Positions 38,886 to 47,686 of a stretch of 64,000 nucleotides of DNA are shown piece after piece. The translations under genes and the position numbers were made by a program. This DNA comes from Acidobacteriota bacterium. GTDB lineage: Bacteria > Acidobacteriota > Vicinamibacteria > Fen-336. The number at the start of each line of letters is the position of its first letter. The first letter of the stretch is position 1. The notes under the pieces were generated by a model, which saw nothing but the letters and a program-made list of their open reading frames with translations, made no database searches and was not told the DNA's origin. The stretch is taken from contig QHVM01000082.1 of assembly GCA_003223555.1 (NCBI GenBank), forward strand, positions 163,762 through 227,761. Reading direction: 5' to 3'.

Positions 38886-39170
38886 TCAGTGACCGAGCGT
38901 GCGGCAGGACCCGCTGCTGACGCACGGCTTGTCGGGCTCCATGATGCAGCGGTCGGAGCCGCCCGGGACGCTCAGCAGCTGGAGGCTGGGATGCGTGTGG
39001 ACGTGGACCGCGGCCGGCGCCGCCGTCCGGAGGCGGCCGGCCTGGAGCCGGGCCACCGCTTCCTCGAGGGCGGACACCCGCGACTCGAGGTCCGCCGTGG
39101 CCGGCGTCCCGCCCTCGCGGATCTGGGAGAGCACCTCCTCGGTCAGCTCGCGGATGCGATTGTCGTCCAC
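38886..39170 (-). CDS. Small BMC-locus protein with encapsulation-peptide-like N-terminal helix and Cys/His C-terminus
   Basis: DDNRIRELTEEVLSQI; coiled segment; CIMEPDKPCVSSGSCRTLGH; last gene of the shell operon. Confidence 0.7.
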   Translation of the reverse strand: MDDNRIRELTEEVLSQIREGGTPATADLESRVSALEEAVARLQAGRLRTAAPAAVHVHTHPSLQLLSVPGGSDRCIMEPDKPCVSSGSCRTLGH

Positions 39171-39194
39171 CAGGCGATTCTAGCGCCGGCCGGG

Positions 39195-39467
39195 CTAGCC
39201 CGCGATCTCGACGGAGTCCACGATCCCCACGATGGCCGCGTCTACCCCGGCCAGGCCGCGGTCGAGCGCCATCATCGCCGCCTTGCCGTCGAGGACCAGG
39301 AGCACGCGGTCGCCGACCCCGGCGTCGACCGCGTCGATGGCCATCACCGCGGGGCCGCGGTCCTGGCCGTCGAGGTCGAGCGGCTGGGCGAGGAGGAGCT
39401 TGGCTCCTTCGAGCTTGCCGTTCTTCTGCGTGGAGACGACGCTGCCCACGACGCGCGCGATCAGCAT
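39195..39467 (-). CDS. BMC-P pentamer shell protein (EutN/CcmL family)
   Basis: ARVVGSVVSTQK...DAVDAGVGD...DAAIVGIVD. Confidence 0.93.
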   Translation of the reverse strand: MLIARVVGSVVSTQKNGKLEGAKLLLAQPLDLDGQDRGPAVMAIDAVDAGVGDRVLLVLDGKAAMMALDRGLAGVDAAIVGIVDSVEIAG

Positions 39468-39733
39468 CAGGACGTGCTCCAGTGGTCGACGATGCCCACG
39501 ATGGCGGCGTCGGTCGGGACCTCGGCGGGCAGGAAGGGCAGGGCGGCCTCGCGCCCGCGAACGTAGAAGACCTCCTCCGCCGCTCCCGCGCCCACCGAGT
39601 CGACCGCGACCAGTGGCCGGCCGCTCGGGGCGCGGTCCGGGCGCAAGGGCTGGATGACGAGCAGCTTCGTTCCGGCGAGGCCGGGGTCCTTGCGGGTGGC
39701 GACGACGGTGCCGATGACGCGGGCCAGGAACAC
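39467..39733 (-). CDS. BMC-P pentamer shell protein (EutN/CcmL family)
   Basis: ARVIGTVVATRK...DSVGAG...DAAIVGIVD. Confidence 0.93.
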   Translation of the reverse strand: MFLARVIGTVVATRKDPGLAGTKLLVIQPLRPDRAPSGRPLVAVDSVGAGAAEEVFYVRGREAALPFLPAEVPTDAAIVGIVDHWSTS

Positions 39734-39736
39734 GGC

Positions 39737-40006
39737 TCAGTCCTTCACTTCGACGGTGTCGACGACGCCCACGATGGCCGCGTCCACCGGACAGTCCTTG
39801 AGGCCGGAAGCCATGCGGGCCGAGGAGCCGCTCACGACGAGGACGCGGTCGCCGAGGCCGGCGTCCACCGTGTCCACCGTGACCACGTATCCGGCCTCGT
39901 CCTTGCCGCGGGGGTCGATCATCCGCACGAGGAGGAACTTCGAGCCCAGCAGGCGCTCGTCCTTCCGCGTGGCGACCACCGTGCCGACCACCCGCGCGAG
40001 GATCAT
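39737..40006 (-). CDS. BMC-P pentamer shell protein (EutN/CcmL family)
   Basis: ARVVGTVVATRK...DAGLGD...GSSAR...DAAIVGVVD. Confidence 0.93.
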   Translation of the reverse strand: MILARVVGTVVATRKDERLLGSKFLLVRMIDPRGKDEAGYVVTVDTVDAGLGDRVLVVSGSSARMASGLKDCPVDAAIVGVVDTVEVKD

Positions 40007-40033
40007 GAGGGAGAGCCGGGGCCGGGAGGGGGT

Positions 40034-40318
40034 CTACTTCGCCGCCTTGCCGATGGGCAGCACGTCCTCGAGGTTGGCGTGCGGCCGGGGGATCACGTGC
40101 ACGGAGACCAGCTCGCCCACCCGCCGGGCGGCCGCCGCGCCCGCGTCGGTGGCGGCCTTGACCGCCGCCACGTCGCCGCGCACCAGGGCGGTCACATAGC
40201 CGGACCCGATCTTCTCGTAGCCGACGAGGGTGACCTTCGCCGCCTTCACCATGGCGTCGGCGGCCTCGATCATCGCCACCAGCCCCCGGGTCTCGATCAT
40301 GCCCAGCGCTTCACCCAT
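40034..40318 (-). CDS. BMC-H hexamer shell protein (PduA/EutM-like)
   Basis: [10 protein letters not shown]...[10 protein letters not shown]...IGSG...GDVAAVKAA...HVIPRPH. Confidence 0.96.
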   Translation of the reverse strand: MGEALGMIETRGLVAMIEAADAMVKAAKVTLVGYEKIGSGYVTALVRGDVAAVKAATDAGAAAARRVGELVSVHVIPRPHANLEDVLPIGKAAK

Positions 40319-40375
40319 GCTGCCTCCCCTGAACGGCCAATGCGGTCAGACTCTGGACCGGCGCGTGGCCGGAAG

Positions 40376-41149
40376 TCAAGTACGGAAGCGCTCGATCGCT
40401 TCCGCCAGCAGGCGCACCAGCTCCTCGCGGCTGAGGCTGAACCGCGCGGGCCCGCCCTCCGCGCCGGCGGCCAGCGTCGGCGAGGGCCGCGGCTCCGGCG
40501 CGCACACCGGCGGAGGGTAGCCGGCCGGCTCGCGCATCGCCGCCAGCCGCTCGACGTCGGCGGCCGGGAGGTGGCCCTCTCGACCCAGCAGCCGCGCCAC
40601 CAGCGCCACGCGCGCCACCTGCTCGAGGGTCTCCATGCGCTCCCAGGCCTGGTAGAGGTCGACCCCGACGGAGAGGGCGCCGTGGTTGGCGAGCAGGAGC
40701 GTCTGGGCTTCGCAGATCGCGCGGCCGACGTTGTCGGCCAGCTCGGAGGTCGAAGGCGTGCCGTAGGGGATCACGGGCACCACGCCGAGCGTCACCACCG
40801 CCTCCGCGGTCAGCGGCCGGTCGAGCGGGATCCCGGCCACCGCGAAGCCGGTGGCGGTCGGGGGGTGGGCGTGCACGACCGCGCCCACGTCGCTCCGGCG
40901 GCGGTAGACCGCGGTGTGCATGAGGACCTCGGTCGAGGCGCGCCCCCCGTCGAGGGGCCGGCCCTCGAGGTCGGTCCTCACGATGCATTCGGGCGCGAGG
41001 AAGCCCTTGCAGACCGCGGCGGGCGTCACGTAGAGGACGCTTCCGTCACGGACCGAGATGTTGCCCTCGTTGCCGCCGATGAGCCGGCGGGCGTAGAGCC
41101 GCCGGCCGACCTCGACCATATCGGCCCGGATCCGGTCGCTGCCGTTCAC
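40376..41149 (-). CDS. Class II aldolase (fuculose-1-phosphate aldolase-like) with C-terminal encapsulation-peptide-like helix
   Basis: EGNISVR, STEVLMH, HAHP, LANHG; Pro/Ala linker then LSREELVRLLAEAIERF. Confidence 0.88.
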   Translation of the reverse strand: MNGSDRIRADMVEVGRRLYARRLIGGNEGNISVRDGSVLYVTPAAVCKGFLAPECIVRTDLEGRPLDGGRASTEVLMHTAVYRRRSDVGAVVHAHPPTATGFAVAGIPLDRPLTAEAVVTLGVVPVIPYGTPSTSELADNVGRAICEAQTLLLANHGALSVGVDLYQAWERMETLEQVARVALVARLLGREGHLPAADVERLAAMREPAGYPPPVCAPEPRPSPTLAAGAEGGPARFSLSREELVRLLAEAIERFRT

Positions 41150-41412
41150 GGGCCGGGGGGCAGGGCCAGGGCGCGGTCGCGGCAGGCCGGCGAGCAGAAG
41201 TGCATCTGGCGGCCGCCGACGACCGCGCTCACCGCGCGCTCCCGGGGGAGGAAGGTGTTGCAGATGCGGTCCCGCACCATGTCGACGCCGGGGGCGGGCG
41301 TGGCGGCCGGCGGCTCGCGCAGGCCCTCGACCAGGCCGGCCACGAACCGCAGCCCGATCCGGACGAGGAAGAGCGCGACCAGGAAGCGGACGAAGGCGAC
41401 GATGAGGATCAC
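41146..41412 (-). CDS. Small membrane-anchored TRASH/YHS-like metal-binding protein
   Basis: N-terminal hydrophobic helix; MVRDRICNTF...HFCSPACR; GTGA overlaps on both sides. Confidence 0.7.
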   Translation of the reverse strand: MILIVAFVRFLVALFLVRIGLRFVAGLVEGLREPPAATPAPGVDMVRDRICNTFLPRERAVSAVVGGRQMHFCSPACRDRALALPPGP

Positions 41413-42026
41413 GACGGCCTCCGGCTGGCGCGCACCTGGTCGATCTGCTCGCGCAGGCCCCGGAGCTGCGGATCGTCCGGATAGCGCTTGATCAGCCCTT
41501 CCCACACCGCCACCGCGTCCTTGGGCCGGCCGGTCTGCATGAGCGCGATACCCTTGTTGTAGAGCGCCTTCTTGTGGCCGGGGTCGCTGGCCAGGGCCCG
41601 GTCGAACTCGGCCAGCGCCTCGCCGGCCTTGCCGGCGCTGACGAGGCAGGCCCCCAGGTCGACCCGCACGTCGTTGTTGTCGGGCGCGAGCGCGAGAGCC
41701 TCCCGGTACCAGCGGGCCGCCTCGTCGAACTGGCTGTGATCCATGAGCAGGTTGCCCAGCTCGATCCGGGCCTGGACGTTTGCCTTCTCGCGCGCGGCCA
41801 GGGACTCAAGCGCCCGCACCTCGTTGGGGTCCGGGGTCGCGGCCGCGCCGGCTCGGGCGCGTCCGGCCGCCGGCGCCGGCGCCACCTCGGCCTCGGCCGT
41901 CGGCGCGCCCGCGCCCGGCGGCGGCACGCGCGACTCCGCGTGGTCGCCGAGGCCCGCCGCCATGTAGCCGAGCACGAAGCCGAAGACGATGCCGGCCACC
42001 GCGTAGATCATCGGGTCTTTATTCAT
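41409..42026 (-). CDS. Membrane-anchored TPR protein
   Basis: N-terminal TM, then LGNLLMD...ALALAPDN...DLGACL...ALYNKG repeats. Confidence 0.8.
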   Translation of the reverse strand: MNKDPMIYAVAGIVFGFVLGYMAAGLGDHAESRVPPPGAGAPTAEAEVAPAPAAGRARAGAAATPDPNEVRALESLAAREKANVQARIELGNLLMDHSQFDEAARWYREALALAPDNNDVRVDLGACLVSAGKAGEALAEFDRALASDPGHKKALYNKGIALMQTGRPKDAVAVWEGLIKRYPDDPQLRGLREQIDQVRASRRPS

Positions 42027-42271
42027 GCGGATGCGGCGCGCTCCGCTCCGCGCATGAAGTCATCAAGCGCACGCGGCCGGGGTGAACCCGTCCGCGTGCG
42101 GCAGAGGAAACGCTCCGCTGCGCGCGCCGGACGTTCATGCCGGACATGCTCCGGTCCACGGCATGCGGATGCGGCGCGCTCCGCTCCGCGCATGAAGTCA
42201 TCAAGCGCACGCGGCCGGGGTGAACCCGTCCGCGTGCGGCAGAGGAAACGCTCCGCTGCGCGCGCCGGACG
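42024..42271 (+). repeat. Two identical 110-bp copies (period 138) of the structured element
   Basis: 42024-42133 = 42162-42271; outer arms CGGCGCGC/GCGCGCCG; central hairpin with GTGAA loop. Confidence 0.95.
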
Positions 42272-42316
42272 CTCGCGCCGGAGAGGTGTGAATGCGCGCA
42301 CTTCGCTCCGCGTAAT

Positions 42317-42406
42317 CCGAATGCGGCACGCTCCGCTTCGCGCGCCGGACGCTCACAATCAAGATGCTGCTCGCCCTGCGCTGCGCGCGCCGAGCGTTCA
42401 TGCCGG
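42317..42406 (+). repeat. Short form of the structured element
   Basis: CCGAATGCGGCACGCTCCGCTTCGCGCGCCGGACGCTCACAATC, closely matching 55013-55056. Confidence 0.75.
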
Positions 42407-42425
42407 AAGCGTCTCCTGTCCACGG

Positions 42426-43553
42426 CTACCGGCGGTCTAGGGGGACGTACACGACGTCGCGCGGGCCGGTGTACTCGCTCTCCGGGCGGATGAGGCGGTT
42501 GTTGGCGAGCTGCTCGAGGACGTGGGCCGTCCAGCCGGCGATGCGGGACACGGCGAAGACGGGCGTGAAGAGGTCGGTGGCGATCCCGAGGCTGTGGTAG
42601 ACGGAAGCGGAGTAGAAGTCGACGTTGGCGTTCAGGCCCTTCTGGGCGCGCATGAGGCCTTCGATCTTCTCCGAGAGCTCGAACCACCGCCGGTCCGCCC
42701 CTGCTTCCCCGAGCTGGCGCGACATCCGCCGCAGGTGGGTCGCCCGGGGGTCTTCCGTCCGGTAGACCGCGTGGCCGAAGCCCATGATCTTCTTCTTCGC
42801 CCCGAGGGCCTCGCGCAGCCACGGCTCGGCCCGCTCGGGCGAGGCGATCTCCTCCAGCATCTTCATCACCGCCTCGTTGGCCCCGCCGTGAAGCGGGCCC
42901 TTGAGGGTGGCCAGGGCGGAGGTGATGGCGCCGTGCAGGTCGCCCAGGGTGGAGGCGGCGACGCGGGCGGCGAAGGTCGAGGCGTTGAACTCGTGGTCGG
43001 CGTGCAGGACGAGGGCCATGTCCATGGCCCGCTCGGCGGTGGCGGGCGGCCTCTCCCCGGTGAGCATGAACAGGAAGTTGGCGGCGTGGGAGAGCGCGGG
43101 ATCGGGAGGCAGGACCGGCTGGCCTTTCCTGACCCGCTCGACCAGCGCGACGAGGGTGGCCATCTGGGCGGTGAGCCGCAGCGCCTTGCGCGCGTTGGCG
43201 GCCGGGGTCTCGTTGCCCGCGTCGGGATCGAAGGCTCCCAGGGCGGAGACGAGCGTCCGCAGCGACGTCATCGGGTGCGTGGCCGGGGGCAGCAGGCGGA
43301 GGAGGGCCGGCACGGGCGCGGGCACGGCGCGCTCCCGCACCAGCTCGGAGGTGAAGGCGGCCAGCTCCGCCCGGCGGGGAAGCTGGCCCCGGTGGAGCAG
43401 GAAGGCGACCTCCTCGAAGGTGGAATGCTCGGCCAGCGCGTGGATGTCGATGCCCCGGTAGGCGAGGAGGCCCCGCTCCCCTTCGATGGAGCAGATGGCG
43501 CTCTCGCCCGCCACGACGTTGCGCAGCCCGGTGCCCGGCTTCACGGTGTCCAC
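42426..43553 (-). CDS. Citrate synthase / 2-methylcitrate synthase family protein
   Basis: LAYRG, HADHEFNASTF, GPLHGGAN, MGFGHAVY, NVDFYS; GTG start with GGAGG. Confidence 0.92.
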   Translation of the reverse strand: MDTVKPGTGLRNVVAGESAICSIEGERGLLAYRGIDIHALAEHSTFEEVAFLLHRGQLPRRAELAAFTSELVRERAVPAPVPALLRLLPPATHPMTSLRTLVSALGAFDPDAGNETPAANARKALRLTAQMATLVALVERVRKGQPVLPPDPALSHAANFLFMLTGERPPATAERAMDMALVLHADHEFNASTFAARVAASTLGDLHGAITSALATLKGPLHGGANEAVMKMLEEIASPERAEPWLREALGAKKKIMGFGHAVYRTEDPRATHLRRMSRQLGEAGADRRWFELSEKIEGLMRAQKGLNANVDFYSASVYHSLGIATDLFTPVFAVSRIAGWTAHVLEQLANNRLIRPESEYTGPRDVVYVPLDRR

Positions 43554-43677
43554 TCGCGGCCTCCGCGCGATAAGTGAACCATTATTCAGTCGCGCCGCGG
43601 GCGGCGTCAAGGCGCGCGGTCTGGGCGCCCGGATCGGCCAGCGGTAAGATGCGGCAGCGTCCGGGAGGAGGCCCGCC

Positions 43678-44142
43678 ATGATCAAGCTCGAGCGCATCCT
43701 CGTCCCCACCGACTTCTCGGAGAGCGCCCGCCACGCCCTCAGCTACGGGATCTCCTTCGCCGAGGAGTTCGAGGCCGAGCTGCTCCTGCTCCACGTCGTG
43801 GAGACGATCCCGGTCGGCTACGCGAGCGACCTCTTCCCGGTGCCGATGGCCGAGGTTTTCCAGGAGATGTCCGGCTACGCCAAGGCCGAGCTGGCCAAGC
43901 TGGCCGCCCTGGCCCGGGAAAGGAAGGTCGCGGTGCGCGAGATGGTGACCCAGGGCAAGCCCTCGGCCGAGATCGTCCGCGTGGCCCGGGAGGAGACCGC
44001 GGACATGATCGTCCTCGGCACCCACGGCACCGGAATCCTGGACAAGGCGCTCTTCGGGTCGACCACCGAGCGGGTGGTGCGCAAGGCGCCCTGCCCGGTC
44101 CTCACCTGCCGCCTCTCCGAGCACGAATTCGTTAACGGGTGA
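43678..44142 (+). CDS. Universal stress protein
   Basis: RILVPTDFS, DMIVLGTHG, GSTTERVVRKAPCPVL. Confidence 0.93.
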   Translation: MIKLERILVPTDFSESARHALSYGISFAEEFEAELLLLHVVETIPVGYASDLFPVPMAEVFQEMSGYAKAELAKLAALARERKVAVREMVTQGKPSAEIVRVAREETADMIVLGTHGTGILDKALFGSTTERVVRKAPCPVLTCRLSEHEFVNG

Positions 44143-44254
44143 ATGCGGCGCGCTCCGCTACGCACTCTTCGTCATCCAGCGTCTCGCCTCGGAGTGAATC
44201 CTCGGCGAGACGACCAGCGAAATGCTCCGCTCCGCGCGCCGGACGCTTCATGCC
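44141..44254 (+). repeat. Single full copy of the structured element
   Basis: GAATGCGGCGCGCTCCGC...CGTCTCGCC-TC-GGA-GTGAA-TCC-TC-GGCGAGACG...GCTCCGCTCCGCGCGCCGGACG; overlaps the usp stop codon. Confidence 0.85.
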
Positions 44255-44283
44255 CGAGGACGTGACTCGCGACGCGCCGGTCG

Positions 44284-45294
44284 CTAGTCCCAGGCCAGGC
44301 CGGACCAGCGCGCGAGCACGGTGCCCACCGTGAATCCCGCCCCCACCGAGGCCATGAGGACGAGGTCCCCGCGGCGCAGCCGGCCCTCGTCGAGCGCGGT
44401 GCCGAGCGCGAGGGGGATGGTGGCGGCGGTCGTGTTGCCGTAACGGTGGATGTTCTTCAGCACCTTCGACTCGGGGAAGCCCAGCCGCTCGCTGGCCCCG
44501 TCGATGATGCGGACGTTGGCCTGGTGGGCCACGAAGAGGTCGACGTCGGCGGGGACGAGCCCGTTGCGGTCGAGCAGGTGCTTGGTGGCCTCGGCGAACT
44601 TCCGCACCGCGTACTTGAAGACGTGGGCGCCGTCCTGGCGGACGTAATGCAGCCGCTTCTCCACCGTCTCGTGGGAGGGCGGCTGGGCGCTGCCGCCGGC
44701 CGGCATGTAGAGGTGGCAGCTTCCCGCCCCGTCCACCTCGTTGTAGAAGTCGATGATGCCGGTGTCGTCCGCGGACGGCTCGACCAGCACCGCCCCCGCG
44801 CCGTCGCCGAAGAGCACGCAGGTGGTGCGGTCCTGCATGTCCAGGATCGAGGTCATCACGTCGGCCCCGACCACGAGGACCTTGTCGTGGGCGCCGGTCT
44901 CGACGAACTGCGCCCCCAGGGTCAGGGCGTAGAGGAAGCCGGAGCAGGCGGCCGAGATGTCGAAGCCCCACGCCCGGGTGGCCTTGAGCTTGTCCTGGAG
45001 GACGCAGGCGGTGGCGGGGAAGACGGTGTCGGGGGTCACCGTCGCCACCACGATGAGGTCCAGCTCGGCCGCGTCGAGCCCCCGGCGTTCGAGGCACTCC
45101 CGGACCGCCTTCGTGGCCAGCTCGCTCGTCGGCGTGCCCGGCTCGGCCCACCGCCGCTGCTCGATGCCGGTCCGGGTCCGGATCCACTCGTCGTTGGTGT
45201 TGACGATCTTCTCGAGGTCGGCGTTGGTGACCACGCGCTCGGGGACGTAGCGCCCCAGCGACGTGATGCGCGCCCGGCGGTTCGCCCGCGGCAT
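44284..45294 (-). CDS. fabH: 3-oxoacyl-ACP synthase III (canonical paralog)
   Basis: [32 protein letters not shown]. Confidence 0.93.
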   Translation of the reverse strand: MPRANRRARITSLGRYVPERVVTNADLEKIVNTNDEWIRTRTGIEQRRWAEPGTPTSELATKAVRECLERRGLDAAELDLIVVATVTPDTVFPATACVLQDKLKATRAWGFDISAACSGFLYALTLGAQFVETGAHDKVLVVGADVMTSILDMQDRTTCVLFGDGAGAVLVEPSADDTGIIDFYNEVDGAGSCHLYMPAGGSAQPPSHETVEKRLHYVRQDGAHVFKYAVRKFAEATKHLLDRNGLVPADVDLFVAHQANVRIIDGASERLGFPESKVLKNIHRYGNTTAATIPLALGTALDEGRLRRGDLVLMASVGAGFTVGTVLARWSGLAWD

Positions 45295-45383
45295 TTCGGG
45301 AAGGCTATTAGAGCCGAGCCGCCGGGGTCAAGCACGCGGCGGTTGTCAGCGTGCGGGAGGACGTGGCAGGCTAGGCGCCCGGC

Positions 45384-45800
45384 ATGCAGACCCCCGAGCA
45401 GCTCCTGAGGATCATGGCCGAGCAGGTGCCGTTCAACCGCCTGCTGGGCATGCACGGCGAATCGGTGGCGGCCGGCTCGTGCGTTCTGGTGCTGCCGGTG
45501 CGGCCCGATTTCGTGGGCGACTTCCGGCGTCCAGCCTTGCACGGCGGCGTGCTCTCCTCGCTCATCGACACCGCGGGCGGGGTCGCGGCCTGGTCCGCCC
45601 TCGGCCCGGGCGAGTCCGTCTCCACGGTGGACCTGCGGGTGGACTTCCTGGAGCCGGCGGGGCTGGGCGGTCCGCTGCGGGCCGACGCCCAGCTCGTGCG
45701 CAAGGGCAACCGCGTCTGCCACGTGCGGATCGCGGTCACCCAGGACGGCCTGCTCGTCGCCGAGGGCCGGGGCGTCTACAACATCCACAAGCGGAGCTGA
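45384..45800 (+). CDS. PaaI-like hotdog-fold thioesterase
   Basis: PFNRLLG, LHGGVLSSLIDT, STVDLRVDFL. Confidence 0.88.
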   Translation: MQTPEQLLRIMAEQVPFNRLLGMHGESVAAGSCVLVLPVRPDFVGDFRRPALHGGVLSSLIDTAGGVAAWSALGPGESVSTVDLRVDFLEPAGLGGPLRADAQLVRKGNRVCHVRIAVTQDGLLVAEGRGVYNIHKRS

Positions 45801-45803
45801 CGG

Positions 45804-46811
45804 GTGCGCGTCCTCGTCGTGGGCGGGACGCGCTTCGTCGGCTACGAGCTCGTCTGGCGCCTGCTCGCCGGCGGGCACCGGCTGACCCTCTTCAACCGCG
45901 GCACCCGTCCCGACCCGTTCGGGGAGCGGGTGGAGCGGCTGCGGGGGGACCGTACCGCGGGCGACCTGGCTCGCCTGGTGGCCGGGCGCCGTTTCGACGC
46001 GGCGGTCGACTTCGCTGTCTTCAACGGTGATGAAGCCGCGGAAGCGGTCGGGGTGTTGCGAGGTCACGTCGGCCACTACGTGATGATCTCCTCCGGCCAG
46101 GTGTACCTGGTGCGCGAGCCGCGGCCCACGCCGGCCCGGGAGGACGACTACGACGGTCCCCTCATGGCGGCTCCCGCTCTTGCCAGGGAGAAGGAAGAGT
46201 GGGACTACGGCATGGGCAAGCGCGCGGCGGAGGACGTCCTGGCCCGCGCATGGCAGGCGGAGCGGTTCCCGTCGACCCGCCTGCGCCTGCCGATGGTCAA
46301 CGGCGAGCGCGACCACCACCGCCGCCTGGAGGGTTACCTCTGGCGCCTGCTCGACGGCGGCCCGGTCGTCCTGCCCGACGGCGGGATGCGCCCGATGAGG
46401 CACGTCTACTCCGGCGCCGTGGCGCGGGCCACGGCGGCGCTGCTCGGCCGGAGCGACACGTTTGGCCAGGCCTACAACCTCGCCCAGGACGAGACGCCCA
46501 CGCTGCGGGAGGCGCTGACGGTGGTCGCCGAACGGCTCGGCGCCTCGCCGCGCCTCGTCACCGTGCCATCGTCGCAGATCGAGACCGCCGGCCTGGACGT
46601 CGTGGCCGTCTCGCCCTTCAGCGGCCGGTGGATGTCCTTCCTCGACCCGTCGCGAGCCAAGACCGAGCTGGGCTTCCGCCACGAGCCGCTGGCCGAATAC
46701 CTCGGCCGGATCGTGGCCGCCTTCCTGGCCCAGCCGCCGGCGTCGCCGCCCGAGAGCCTCTCCCATCGGGCCGACGAGATCGCCCTCGCCGGGTCCGCCG
46801 GGAGACACTAG
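45804..46811 (+). CDS. NAD-dependent epimerase/dehydratase family protein
   Basis: GGTRFVG, FNRG, SSGQVY, YGMGK. Confidence 0.85.
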   Translation: MRVLVVGGTRFVGYELVWRLLAGGHRLTLFNRGTRPDPFGERVERLRGDRTAGDLARLVAGRRFDAAVDFAVFNGDEAAEAVGVLRGHVGHYVMISSGQVYLVREPRPTPAREDDYDGPLMAAPALAREKEEWDYGMGKRAAEDVLARAWQAERFPSTRLRLPMVNGERDHHRRLEGYLWRLLDGGPVVLPDGGMRPMRHVYSGAVARATAALLGRSDTFGQAYNLAQDETPTLREALTVVAERLGASPRLVTVPSSQIETAGLDVVAVSPFSGRWMSFLDPSRAKTELGFRHEPLAEYLGRIVAAFLAQPPASPPESLSHRADEIALAGSAGRH

Positions 46812-47686
46812 ATCCTCGCTTCCTCTCCCTCGAGCATCTTCCGGGCCGCGTCCAGCTCGCGCCGTTTGTCCTCGGTCACGGTCGGGTACTCGAGCTTCAA
46901 GGCCTCGAGGGCCTCGACGATGACGTCGGCCACCGCCATCCGCATGAACCACTTGTGGTCGGCGGGGACGACGTACCACGGGGCGCGCTCGGTGCTGGTC
47001 GCTTCCAGCATGTCCTCGTAGGCGGCCATGTACTCGTCCCAGTGCTCGCGCTCCTTCACGTCGCTCACCGAGAACTTCCAGTTCTTCTGCGGCTCGTCGA
47101 GCCGGGCCAGGAAGCGCCGGCGCTGCTCCTCCTTGGAGACGTGGAGGAAGAACTTCAGGATCACGGTGCCGTTGCGGGCCAGGTAGCGCTCGAGGGCGTT
47201 GATGTCCTTGAAGCGCTGCTTCCAGATGCCCACGTCCACCAGCTCGGCGGGCAGCTTCTCGGCGGCGAGGATGCCGGGGTGGACTCGCACGACCAGCACC
47301 TCTTCGTAATACGAGCGGTTGAAGACGCCGATCCGGCCGCGCTCGGGCAGGCAGCGGTTCGTGCGCCACAGGAAGTCGTGATCCAGCTCCTCGGCCGAGG
47401 GCGCCTTGAACGAGTAGACCTGGCATCCCTGGGGGTTGACCCCCGACATGACGTGCTCGATCGTGCTGTCCTTGCCCGCAGCGTCCATGGCCTGGAAGAT
47501 CAAGAGCAGCGCGTAGCGGTCGCTCGCGTAGAGCCGCTCTTGAAGCTCCCGGAGGCGCTCGATGCCCTGGACCAGGCGGTCCTTGGCTTCCTTCTTGGAC
47601 TCGAACCCCGCGGTGTGGGCGGGGTCGCGGTCCTTCAGCCGGAACTTCCCGCCCGGCGGGACGCGCAGCTCTTCGAAGACACTCAC
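46808..47686 (-). CDS. ppk2: Polyphosphate kinase 2 family protein
   Basis: QAMDAAGKD, FKAPS, FNRSYYEEVL, KFFLHVSKEEQ, APWYVVPADHKW. Confidence 0.92.
   Translation of the reverse strand: MSVFEELRVPPGGKFRLKDRDPAHTAGFESKKEAKDRLVQGIERLRELQERLYASDRYALLLIFQAMDAAGKDSTIEHVMSGVNPQGCQVYSFKAPSAEELDHDFLWRTNRCLPERGRIGVFNRSYYEEVLVVRVHPGILAAEKLPAELVDVGIWKQRFKDINALERYLARNGTVILKFFLHVSKEEQRRRFLARLDEPQKNWKFSVSDVKEREHWDEYMAAYEDMLEATSTERAPWYVVPADHKWFMRMAVADVIVEALEALKLEYPTVTEDKRRELDAARKMLEGEEARI

Noticed and set aside
42027..42045. Identity with the enterobacterial REP (CGGATGCGGCG)
   Set aside because: Only a short GC-rich match in one subfamily; no GTAG end and a different architecture.
42024..42271. Hammerhead ribozyme (TGATGA on the minus strand, GAAA on the plus strand)
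   Set aside because: The core elements are on opposite strands and CUGANGA is not conserved across copies.
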